Shown here one piece after another: positions 53,359 to 64,000 of a stretch of DNA of 64,000 nucleotides; within the stretch, counting starts at the first letter, position 1, and each line of letters opens with the position of its first letter. The notes under the pieces were generated by a model. The model ran no database searches and was not told the DNA's origin. It worked only from the letters and a program-made list of their open reading frames with translations. The position numbers and the translations under genes are program-made. The DNA lies in contig NC_085842.1 in assembly GCF_035594765.1 (NCBI RefSeq), forward strand, positions 180,371,036 through 180,435,035. Direction: 5' to 3'. This DNA is from Anolis carolinensis. Lineage: Eukaryota.

Positions 53359-54679
53359 AGTAGAGGGTCCCCAATGCACTAAACACGTGAGAACTCTATG
53401 CAATGGTAATCCTGGTCATGCAGAAAGGCAGTTTATCTTCTGCTGCAAAGGTTAGGATTTACTTGCAGTCATCTCAATACACGGCCAGGAACTAGCAGAT
53501 TATTGTCTCCCTATTTTAGGAGGAGATAACTCATAACCTATTGTCTACAAGTAAAATTCCCATACCTTTCAATTGAACTTTCTAGGTTTCTTTTTAAAAT
53601 CTGTTGTTGTATGCCTTCAGGTTGTTTCTGACAGAGTTTTTCAGGGCTTAATGTACATGACTTCTCCAGGGCTACCCAGTAGGTTTCCATGGCTGAGTAA
53701 AGATTCAAATCCTAGTCTCCAGAGTCGGAGTCCAACACTCAAACCACAATGTCATGCTGGCTCTCACTCCCATGATACTTAAGATTTTAAAACATGGTTT
53801 TGCCTCAAAACTTAAACCAAAAAAAAAAATCCTTTTTAAAATGTCAATGTGCACAGAGCAGGTTTGTTTTTAGGGAGAACTGCACTTCATGGAGATTTCT
53901 GGGAACACAGAGTTCTTAAAATCAAGATTAACCTACCCATCCTGGGTCGGGTTTATATCTTTGCTTTTTTCAAATTCAGTAACAGGATGTTGCCCCTCCA
54001 TCTTTTATAGATTTGCAGTCATCTCATTATGGAAAGTTGATATTAAAAACGGTTGCCCCTGTCATTTGACAGTGGGCCATTTGTATCCACTCTGCAAAAA
54101 GAGACTGTTAGTAACTGAGACTGAAGCAGTTTCAGATTACTTGATTCAAGGCAAAAGATTGTGATCTTATGTATGTACTAACAGAGCTGCAGAAGAAAGG
54201 AGATGAATTGGGAGGATAAAGAGACCTATTTAAAAGGCTGTTATGGCACTGCGGTACTTTAGGATTTCCAATCTCCATTCAGATCCTTTTCTCAGATCCT
54301 TTTCTCCCTTATATGACCCAGAGTGACATAGTAGTTTGAACACTGAGCCAAAAGAGTGGGGTTCAAATCCTGCCTCAGCCATGGAAACCCACTGGGTGAC
54401 TTTGGGCAAGTGCCACTCTCTCTGCCTCAGAGGAAGACACAGGCAAAAGATCCCTTTGAACAATTCAGCTGTTATGGAAGAGGTGCAAATAGAGGGCTAA
54501 AGGGAGAAACACACCAAGAGGAAGGCACGTCAAGCTAACCCTTGTTGGATCATCTTCCATCTGGAAATTGATGTCCTCATTGTGATAGACCACGCGGATC
54601 CAGAATAGGTCTCTACAGTCACTTATGGACCCACTGTCAAGACTCTACGAGGGATCACCAATGATGATTATTATGATGA

Positions 54680-54915
54680 ACCAGAGTGGCATAGTAGTTT
54701 GAACACTGAGCCAGAACACTGGACTGGAAACCAGGGTTCAAATCCCTGCACAGTCATGAAAACCCACTGGGTAACTTTGGCAAGTTCAACTCTCTCTGCC
54801 TCCGAGGAAGGCACAAACAAAAGACCCTGCTGAACAATCCTTGCCAAGAAAAACCCATTAAATATTATCCGTAGAATGCCATACATTGGGAATGACTTGA
54901 AGGCAAACAAAAACA
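54680..54915 (+). mobile_element. Old tRNA/CORE-like SINE; one of more than 10 degenerate copies in the window
   Basis: gggttcaaatccc...aacccactgggtaactttggcaagt...ctctctgcctc...cttgccaagaaaaccc. Similar copies near 7400, 9100, 26745, 28400, 41810, 43520, 44450, 53600, 54320, 55400, 60230 and 62860. Confidence 0.7.
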
Positions 54916-55105
54916 ATCCACTGAGGATGACCTTATCCAGGTACAATGTCTTTCTGAACTGTCTCATAAATTCTGAAATTCAAGATAGGGGAAAATATGC
55001 TCACATAATGAAGACTGTAGGAAAAGGAAACAGGTCTAAATAATTTGCTAGAGATGAAGTTGTAGCAGTTGAAGTTCTTCACATGGGTCCCAATAGTCTC
55101 TAGTA

Positions 55106-55240
55106 CAGTGGTTCTCAACCCGTGGGTCCCCAAGTGTTTTGTCCTACAACTCCCAGAAATCTCAGCCAGTTTACCAGCTGTTAGGATTTCTGGGAGTTGA
55201 AGGCCAAAACATCTAGGGACCTACAGGTTGAGAACCACTG
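55106..55240. mobile_element. hAT MITE, family A
   Basis: cagtggttctcaacc...ggttgagaaccactg; TSD ctctagta / ctctaata. Confidence 0.9.
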
Positions 55241-56801
55241 CTCTAATAGAAGCTGAATGGAAGCCTCTGAGAAAAGGTTGCCTGTGACAAAATGGCCTGT
55301 GTGGATCTCAGAAAGGACTCTCTGCATTTCCTATTGGCTCCCTTTAGTCCTGGTAGTGAAAGAGTTGTTGTTGCTGTTTTTGTGGCTTCACATCCACTTT
55401 AATTACAATGACTTAATCCTAGAGTGTGGTTTTTAACAAGATATTGTCAGAGGGTTTTGCTACTGCCTTCCTTTAAGGCTGAGAGAGTGTGACTTGTTCA
55501 AGCTCGCCCAGTGGGTTTCTATGTCCAAGCCAAGATTCAAACCCTGCTCTTCTAGAGTCCTAGTCCAATACTGAAAATGTAGATGTGGGGAAGGCTGGAT
55601 ATAAAGAAAGTTAACAGTAATTATGATAATAACAATAATAATAGCCAGCACATAACCACCTCAACACATCATTGCCTCAATTTCTCCAGATCGGATCAAC
55701 CAGGCTACAGCTCCTACCTCCTCACCTGCAACATCAGTGTCCATGCTGGCTTGGGATGATGGATGGTGTAATCCAGCACATCTCAGGGTGTGGGCTAGTA
55801 TACCCAAGCATTGGGGGGGGGGGTCAATTTAGAAAGTTTGAACTGGCCTCCGAAATTTGACAATGAAGTGATAATGAAGCTTGTGATGATTAAGTGAGAA
55901 TGAAGCTTGCTCAAGTCAACTGAGATTTTGAATGAAAAAGGGGTATTTGGAGTACTTGGGTAGGGGGTTCCCCAGTGAACACACCAGAACATATCTAGCA
56001 GAGAAACCAGGGTTTCCTGGCAAGGTCTCTGTTGAATGAAAGAGATCCCATGAGGGGCAGATGGATAAACATGTCTGAAGTCACGAACACAGGCCAGTAA
56101 GTGACCATCTGTACAGAAGAGAGATGTCAATTTAGTGGCGTGTCTTCTGAGAAATCCGGAAATATGGGAAGACAGCCTGCAAATTGGATTTGGCTCTCAT
56201 ATATGGAGGGAAGGGCAAGTCTCTGTGCGAAGGGATCCACTCAAACAAATGGTGCAAGGAGCAGCGGATATTCTCTTCCGGCTTGTGCCTGGGGTGGCTG
56301 CATTCAGCAGCAGCATCTTTCAGAGCATCTTGGGTACAAGCAAAAGCATTTTGCAGGGGGGGGGGCATTAAGAGATAAATGAATGGTAGAAGTACAGAGT
56401 GGTTGAGGCAGAAAAGCAATCCTGATGAAGACAAATTATTTGGGGGACATTTCTGAACAAACACAAGAGATGAAGGATTTCCCTCTTGGTGTGTGGAAGC
56501 ATTTCTAATAGGAGATCCTTGGTTTGGGATGCAGTTGCTATTGGGGGGGGGGGGGGGATTATATGGGAGGGGGAAGCTGCCTAAGAGATAACGAGGGAAA
56601 GGAAACAGAGGAGGAAAAGAGCTCCTGCTGTGTTGCCACTGAGAGGTGATTCCCTCCTGAGTGGGAATATTTCTGGTGGGGGGGGGGGGCACAGGGAGAA
56701 AGACTATGCAAAGTACTTGAAATAAAAGAGATCCCTCTTGGCGGGGGAGGGCAAAAGGGTGGAATCTCCAGGGAGGAATGAGTAAAAAGGGGCTCACTCA
56801 C

Positions 56802-56866
56802 CAGTGCAGGAGTTTATGCTGCAGCTGCCCCGGGCGGCGCTCAGACGAGCATTGCAAGCACCACAT
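56802..56866 (-). CDS. IQSEC2: Candidate alternative first coding exon of IQSEC2 (MWCLQCSSERRPGQLQHKLLH-C)
   Basis: acagccATG start context; consensus donor TG|gtgagt in phase 2, matching the exon at 37833; CpG-rich surroundings; similar to the IQSEC1 N-terminus MWCLHCNSER (recalled). Confidence 0.85.
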
Positions 56867-57200
56867 GGCTGTGGTTGTGCTCCCTCCAAGCCAGGATCCC
56901 GGCGTCCTCCTCCTCTGTTTCCTCAGCAAGGGATTGGGGGGGGGGGGGAGGTGGGGACCCCGGATGACTCTCAGTGGAGGAGGAGGTGGTGACAAGCCCC
57001 AAAGATGCCCAGGCGCCAGCGCGGCGTCTCCATCCCTCCTCCTTCGTCCTCGCAAAGGGGAGGAGGAGAAGGAGGAGGCAAAGACTTCTCAGCCCTCCCT
57101 CTGGAGAGCCCTGCATCCCTCTCCTCTCCCAAGTCCATCAAGGCCCCTGGCAGCCCCTAAAAAGAAGACCCACCCCCTGCTCCTGCCCCAAGCATCAGGG
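56810..57200 (-). promoter_or_regulatory. Small GC/CpG-rich region, likely internal promoter/5'UTR for the MWCL exon
   Basis: Local CpG clusters (cgggcggcgc, gcgccagcgcggcg) and long G runs in an otherwise AT-rich, CpG-poor intron, directly 5' of an ATG-bearing exon. Confidence 0.55.
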
Positions 57201-57493
57201 AGCGATAGCTCTGGGATCCTGTGCCCACCTTTGTCTCTCTTTGGCAGCACTCTGATCAATGACACCTTTCCACCCAAGAAAAGAGAGACACCCGACACTA
57301 GGGATCCCCAAACGTCAGTCCTCCTGTCCTTTTGGGCATCATATTCTCAGAAGCTCCAGCTAGTTTGTACAATGGTTAAGAATTATAGAAGCCGAAGGTC
57401 CATAGTTTGGAACTACTGATCTATAATGTATTGTGAAGGGAGTTTAATACCACTTTAACTGCCACGGATCAATGCAATGGGATCCTGGGATTT

Positions 57494-57801
57494 CTGGTGG
57501 CACAGTGTGTTAAAGCGCTGAGCTGCTGAACTTGCAGACCGAAAGGTCCCAGGTTCAAATCTCAGGAGCGGAATGAGCGCTCGCTGTTAGACCCAGCTCC
57601 TGCCAACCTAGCAGTTTGAAAACATGCCAATGTGAGTAGATCAATAGGTACCGCTCTGGCAGGAAGGTAACGGCACTCCATGCAGTCATGCTGGCCACAT
57701 GACCTTGGAAGTGTCTAAGGACAACACCGGCTCTTCGGTGCAACAACCCCCAGAGTCGGTCACGACTGGACTTAACGTCAGGGGAAAACCGTTACGTTTA
57801 C
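57494..57801 (+). mobile_element. Sauria SINE inserted into an older repeat
   Basis: Reverse complement of 48042-48346; tggtggcacagtgtgttaaagcg head, ggttcaaatc B box, degenerate ACCTTT tail. Confidence 0.92.
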
Positions 57802-57912
57802 TAAGATACCAGTACCCTTTGGCAGAAAAAGCTAAGAATTTTGTAACACTACAACTCCCAAGATTTTGTTGCACTGAGCCAGGGCAGTTAAAGTGCTGTC
57901 TAACTGCATTAA

Positions 57913-58052
57913 CTTACTAACGGTATCCTTGAAGTGACTGGGTTGACCTTGAAGGAACTGAGGGCGATGACGGCTGACAGGGAGCTCTGGCGTGGACTGG
58001 TCCATGAGGTCACGAAGAGTTGGAGACGACTAAACGACTGAGCAGCAGCAGC
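57913..58052 (+). mobile_element. RTE/BovB-like LINE 3' tip
   Basis: gacagggagctctggcgtggactggtccatgaggtcacgaagagttggagacgactaaacgactga plus short-repeat tail; 11-bp direct repeat aactgcattaa (57902-57912 / 58053-58063). Confidence 0.8.
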
Positions 58053-58829
58053 AACTGCATTAATTTGACAATATAGTTGCACCCAAGGGCTGTGGTTCAA
58101 AGGCAGGGTGGAAGTTGTCAGGATCTGTGGACAAGCCGGATTCCTTGGTTTCATCCCTTCACTCGATCCCAGGCAAGGCAACTTTGGCCCTCCAGGTGTT
58201 TGGGACTTCATCTTCCACAATTCCTAACAGCTGGCAAGCTGACTGGAATTTCTGGGAACTGAAGTCCAAAAAACTTGGAGGGCTGAAGTTTGCCCATGCC
58301 CCATGCCTGCTCCTGTTCTGGCTGGGCATTTAGTGCTCAGGATTTCCTTTGCCTTCGGTCCAGCCAAAATTTCTAAGGAATGCTCTGTCAAGACTTGTGC
58401 CAAATGATTATGATTATTATTATGTTTATTTATGCCCTGTTTTTTCTCTCCACAAAGGAGACTCAAAGCAGCTGATGGGTGTGGTTTATTCCATGGTCAC
58501 AGTGTTACACACACACTTTGCATACTTGAAGCACATCAGAAGTATCTCTACATATTGCAAAAATATTCCTACAAGAGCTAACCCAGTGGGGGAAGAGTGT
58601 GATCTAATGGTTAAAACAAGAGTGGGCAAAGTATAGCTCCTGAGGCCCCAAGGTGAGGTCCTCAAATGATTCCAGATCCCTCCCAAATTTCTTAAAAGGC
58701 CTGTGTAATCTCCCTATATACCATTCTGCAATTTACCCCTAGTAAACCCTATGAAATCCATTGGGTTGCCACAAGTTGATAGGCAACTTGAAGGCACACC
58801 ACACACACACACACATTATGTCAGGACTC

Positions 58830-59000
58830 CAAAATACCAGATGCTGTCTGATCTTGAAAGCTAAGTGGGGTCAATCCAGGTGGATGGGAGATCCCTGTAG
58901 CTTGTTTTTCAGAGGAAGGAACTGGCAAAGCCACCTTTGTGTATTTCTTGCCTGGGAAATCTGCGGGGTCTTCATAAGTATGACATGAAGGCACATGAAC
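58830..59000 (+). mobile_element. 5S rRNA-derived SINE (degenerate)
   Basis: ccagatgctgtctgatcttgaaagctaag...ggatgggaga followed by ggaactggcaaagccac tail. Confidence 0.65.
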
Positions 59001-62000
59001 ATTATATCAGGGGGAACAGCAGGGGTGAAGCTGGTGTCCCAAATACCAGAACTGCATTCATAATTCTGATTAGAAACGAAAAGGGACTCTGTGGGATCTG
59101 AGCTTCCTAATGCTGCATTTGAGAGGGTGCTAAATAAGCCATGTAATTCATCTGGGGATCTTGGGCCAGCGACACTGAGCGTTCCCAACCCGTCACGGTT
59201 GTTATCAGGATAAAACACCCCAAACATGGGTTCAGCTGTGAACCCACTGAGGGGAAAAGTAGGATATGAATGCAACAAGAAAGAGAGCGGTAAAGGAAGT
59301 CTGAGGATCAACCAACTGAGGTAGGACTACTGATTTCTTGGCTATACTCTAGTTAGGGCACTTGGATTTGGGTCAATAATCCCCACAACAAATAGCAGAC
59401 ACTCTAGCACACAAATCCAAAATCAAAACTAGAAAAAAACCAGACTGTTAATGTGACAAATAAAACAAATATGATTTTTAAAATGCCCAGGAAAACAAAA
59501 AGGCCATAGTGAAGATGTCAAGCAGGCCTCTTTAGGATGGGCATGTTGTCTTTTCCATCCAGTGACTTGGATGAAATCAAAAACATTATCCTCTTAAAAA
59601 GTTTTGCTCAGTTACTCAGTAAATGATAACAGAAATCTTGGGAGAGCAGGGATATAACTGGGGAAGAAGAGAAAGCAAGTTTTAAAGGACATTTTCCCTC
59701 CAGCATTTGGTCCTTAATCCATGAGTAGAGCAATTACAGAAGCAGGGTGATTGATAATCTGGCCCAGGGAACCAGAGGACAATATGCACATTAGCCAAGC
59801 CCAGAGAAAGGACTGTAATGAAACAGCGGGTCCTACTCCATTTATTTAAGATGTACGTATATATTTCAGAATAGTTTTTCTCCCAGGGAAAAAGAAGAAG
59901 AAAATGTCCCCGCTCTTTCTTTTACAGTAACTGACACCAAGACAAACAAATAAATATATCTACTGACCACTTTTCCTCACTTTGGTTGGCAGTTCTGGCA
60001 CAGTTACTTTACGATCAATATCAGCTCTTCATGGCCTCTGAATACTGAGATTCCATGTGGCCTCCAAGACTGTCACCAACAGACCTGTTCTCTATGAGTT
60101 GCTTTTCAAAACACCTCAGAATGCTTTCTAATAAATGACTTCTCAAATATCACTCTTCAGTTATAAATCATATGTGGAATTATGATACCTCAACTCTACA
60201 GGGCTGTACAGCAGATGGGATGTGCTGAGACAACAACATGTAGTTGTTTGAGAATTGGACAGTGACTCTGAAGAGCCAGGATTTGGATGGGTGACTTTGG
60301 ACAAGTCACAACAAACACTCTAATCCCCAGATAACTCTGTAATAGGTTTGCCATAGGGTCATCATAAGCCACAAATGAATTGAGGGCAGACAACAAAAAC
60401 AACAAAAATATTGTGCAAGTATACCTCAGGACAAGCCCAAAGCATTTAGCTGACAGAGGCAAAGGGAAATACAGCATCACTCATTTCGCTAAGGCCCCAT
60501 CCATACAGATCATTTAATGAAGTTCAAAGCTAGATTCAAACAGTGGCAGCTACACAACAAACACCCACAAAAGTGGGTAAAATAAGCCCTTAATGCTCAT
60601 TACTGCTTTGTAGTCTGTGTACTATAATCACCATCCAGGCCTCAAAGTGATTCCAGGATTTCCAATTTCTTCCATAGCGGCTTGAAACTGCATTACAAGG
60701 TCAGTGTAGATGTGCCCATAGAGAAGTTAACCAGACTAGCAACTGAATCCTACTTTAGTGAACTTGATGATAGGAAGTATTTTTGGGTCAGTTTGGCACT
60801 CACAATTCTGTCCTTGTCAGTATTCTGCACTCCTCCCAAGCTTTGCAAACACAGAGAAGTGATGTCTTGCCATTTTTCATTGCCACCAGCAGATTATGGC
60901 TAGACAAAGGACTATCTACAGGATCACAGCTTTTAAAGAATTCACTGGAGTGTTAATGAGTTGTTTTTTTTAATATGCTAGAATAAAATTCAAACGAAGA
61001 AACTGCTTGTTAAAAATGTGAAAAACAACACTCCCCAAAGGAAGATCTTCCAGTTTGTTGTTTCAGGCAGTGGCCTAATACAGGTTGGACATCCCTTACC
61101 ATGAAATCTGAAATTTTCCTAAATTGCCCACCTAGTTGACTGAGACAGTGACACTTTTACTATGTGATGGTTCAATGTACACAATTTAGTTCCAAGGACT
61201 AAAATGTTTAAAATATTGTATAAAATTACAGTCAGGCTTTTTGCAACACAAACAAATTTTGTATTTGTTATTTTATTACAGTATTTATTATTTAGAGAAT
61301 TTTTACTTTGCTCCTCAGCTACTAAGATACTCAAAGTAACTTACAAAATGTTAATTTCCCCTCAGGCTTATAGTGTACATAAGATCAATAGTGATCTTCC
61401 TCCTGTTTTTGACTTGGGTTCCTGTTTCAAGATATCTCATTATGTCTATATATGCAAATACGGGTATTTCAAAATTTAAAAAAACCAATCTAGAATCCAA
61501 AACATTTCTGATCCCAAGCATTTTGGATAAGGGGTTTTCAAGGTGTAGTAATAATGCCTCCAAGGTAAGCAATTACTGATAAACTTATCTGTATATTGAT
61601 ATATTGTGGTGGTGAGTTTGGTATATCTTCATCATCATCTTTCTGGCGAACAGCCTCTTCATTTGTGTTTTTGTTTGCACGAAATTTTTAATATAATTTC
61701 TCAGCAGCACTTCAGAGAAAATGTGTTTCTGTAAAAATGACATCTTCTAGCACTGAATTCCACGTCAGTTATGAGCCATGCGAAGCAGTGCTTCCTTCCT
61801 TTTGTCTACCCTGAATATACTCATTATCAGTTTCATCTGCCAGCAACAGAACACAGTGTGCACTACCCTGCTGCTCCAACAGAACAAACAAAAAGGTGTC
61901 TCGCCAAACCATTCATAATTATACCCACCACATACTCCAGATACTGGCATTCAGACTTTATTTACAAATATTTAAGTACACTTGGATCACCAAATTTCAA

Positions 62001-63192
62001 AGCCGCTTCATGTACACGTACACAAAATGCACACAACTGACAAACATAAAATACACAAACCGACAGACATTCTTTATGTGGTTCATGAAACAGATGTGAA
62101 GATGGACTAAACAAAGAAGGCTTGCATAAATATGTTTAAACGCAAAGGCAGAAGACTCCTGCATATGTATAAATTCCAGAAACATGCATTCTGATACATG
62201 AATAGGCAATTCACAAACCATCATGGGTGTAGACAGACAGACAAGTACAAATATACACACGAACAGGTAGTGTCTAAGGGCATACATGCATATATTTACA
62301 CATGTATACATTCTCATATACTATATGCAAATGTTACAATGAAAGGCACTTACATAATCTTTCAAATACTGCTGAAATAATACACATGAGCTTCCATTAA
62401 GCAATGGGAGGTATAATCCAAGGAGCAAGATTGGGGAAGGCTTTCTAAATGTAAAACCACACAGTAGAAACACTGACTTACAGCTACAAGGAGTATGCAG
62501 GAACTAGGGGAAAATGCAAATAATCAGATGGATAGGTCCTAGAACCACTTAAGTACCTTGCTTTTAGGCGTGAGGATCACTAAATAAAAAAGTGGCCATC
62601 ACACTTGAATTTATATGCATGTAAATAAGGTAAAAGAGGTTATTAGATTACCACATTCAACTTTTTTCTAAAAAAGAGGGGACAAATATGAAGGAAATGT
62701 ATCTATAGCCTGCAGCAGATTTAGGGTAAATATCTTTACTCAAATTGTTATTCAGAATTTGAGAAATGGTGGCAAATTCTACAATTACTGACAAATTGCT
62801 AACAAGTAGATCATTGGGTCCACAGAGTATCCATATATAAACTGAAGAACTTTATTGTTTTTTGCCATTGTATTCTTCCAAGGCTGAGAGAGTGTGACCT
62901 GCCCATGGTCATCCAGTGGGTTTCCATCTGGATTTAAACTCTCATCTCTAGAGTCCTAGATCAACACTTATACCACACTGGCATAAGGAATTTGTGGGGG
63001 AAAATATGTAATGTGTTCCTAATCTCAGCATCTGTAACAGAAGACCAATAAAATGCCATTTAAAAGGGAATCTACAATTTTATTGTTGGGATATACAGTA
63101 TTTGAGGCTTGATTATTATACAAGTTTGTTGAACACAGTTTCATGTATATACAAAGAGCTTTGAACACCATACAATTGCTCTGGAAGACTAG

Positions 63193-63338
63193 GTTGGTAA
63201 AGGTTTTCCCCTGACGTTAAGTCCAATCGTGGACCGACTCTGGGGGTTGGTGCACATCTCCATTTCTAAGCCGAAGAGCCGGCATTGTCCGTAGACACCT
63301 CCAAGGTCATGTGGCCAGCATGACTGCATGGAGCGCCA
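63193..63338 (-). mobile_element. 5'-truncated Sauria SINE
   Basis: Matches 48050-48190; 9-bp TSD gaagactag (63184-63192 / 63339-63347). Confidence 0.92.
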
Positions 63339-63691
63339 GAAGACTAGTGATACCTAGAAAAGTGTTCTTTCTAGGCCTCCAGCACAATTTTATTGATCCT
63401 ATGGTATACTTTGGCCAGAAGTCCAAGACATTGATTTTTTCAGGTAGGAAAAACAGCGTTTCAGATTATGCAAAAATTGTATTGTATTGTGCACGGAGAC
63501 CCTGAATTAATCCATCACATAATATGCAGACCTACAAAGTATACTTAAGTACTAACATACACTTAAAAAGTTACTTACTCCCTGTTTTGTATTCACGGTC
63601 ACTACTTAGTCATAATTTGAACACTACTTCCACATTCTTAATGCCTATCTTAACTGCTTTACTGAAAATCCATTTCAAGCAGCTGATGGAG

Positions 63692-63776
63692 AATACAGAT
63701 CTTGTCTGATCTTTGAAGCTTAGTAGGGTCAGCCTTGCTTTGTACTTGAATGGGAGACTACCATCCAACACCAGGT
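63692..63776 (+). mobile_element. 5S-derived fragment (SINE head or 5S pseudogene)
   Basis: cagatcttgtctgatctttgaagct...gggtcagcc...gtacttgaatgggagactacc. Confidence 0.65.
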
Positions 63777-64000
63777 TTGATCAAGCAAGTTTGCAGTGGG
63801 CACCCAACATAGCTGCAGTTTTATACACACTTAGCTGAAACCTGTTGATCTTACCTCTGTGTAAGCACACATAATTTACTCTATTTACTCAAATCTAGCA
63901 CATTTTTTGCTTAAATCACCTTGCTGCAATTGAGGTATGCAGTAGATTCGAGTAAAGCAGTAATTTTAGTGCTGAGCCAAAGTAAAAAGGGAAGCTGCTT

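Noticed and set aside
56132-57419. 221-aa (-) and 213-aa (+) ORFs
   Set aside because: Low-complexity G/C-run sequence around the CpG-rich exon; only 56802-56866 has start, donor and homology support.
61997-62317. 106-aa minus ORF with a phase-2 CG|gtttgt site at 62061 as another possible first exon
   Set aside because: Weak donor, TG/TA-rich low-complexity sequence, no recognisable homology.
57200-64000. Canonical long first exon (coiled coil) and the ~30-nt exon 2 of mammalian IQSEC2
   Set aside because: Not found by eye. They are probably beyond the right edge, though a diverged microexon could have been missed.

Overview
Vertebrate (squamate, most likely Anolis-type lizard) genomic DNA. 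The window lies inside one minus-strand gene, IQSEC2 (BRAG1; IQ-motif/Sec7/PH ARF-GEF). Thirteen coding exons matching mammalian exons 3-15 were traced by hand, all with GT-AG boundaries and consistent phases. The last exon runs off the left edge. At 56802-56866 there is an in-phase candidate first coding exon (MWCLQCSSER...) that resembles the N-terminus I recall for the paralog IQSEC1 (MWCLHCNSER...). The introns are full of lizard transposable elements: Sauria SINEs, Anolis-type tRNA SINEs, 5S-derived SINEs, hAT and Tc1/mariner MITEs, and CR1, L1, RTE and Penelope fragments, many with readable target-site duplications (TSDs). Other notable items are a perfect coding (HPPG)5 repeat, a decayed Penelope hammerhead-ribozyme motif and a perfect 36-bp-arm palindrome. 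No prokaryotic-type system is present. Family names and comparisons to human proteins are from memory, not from a database search.
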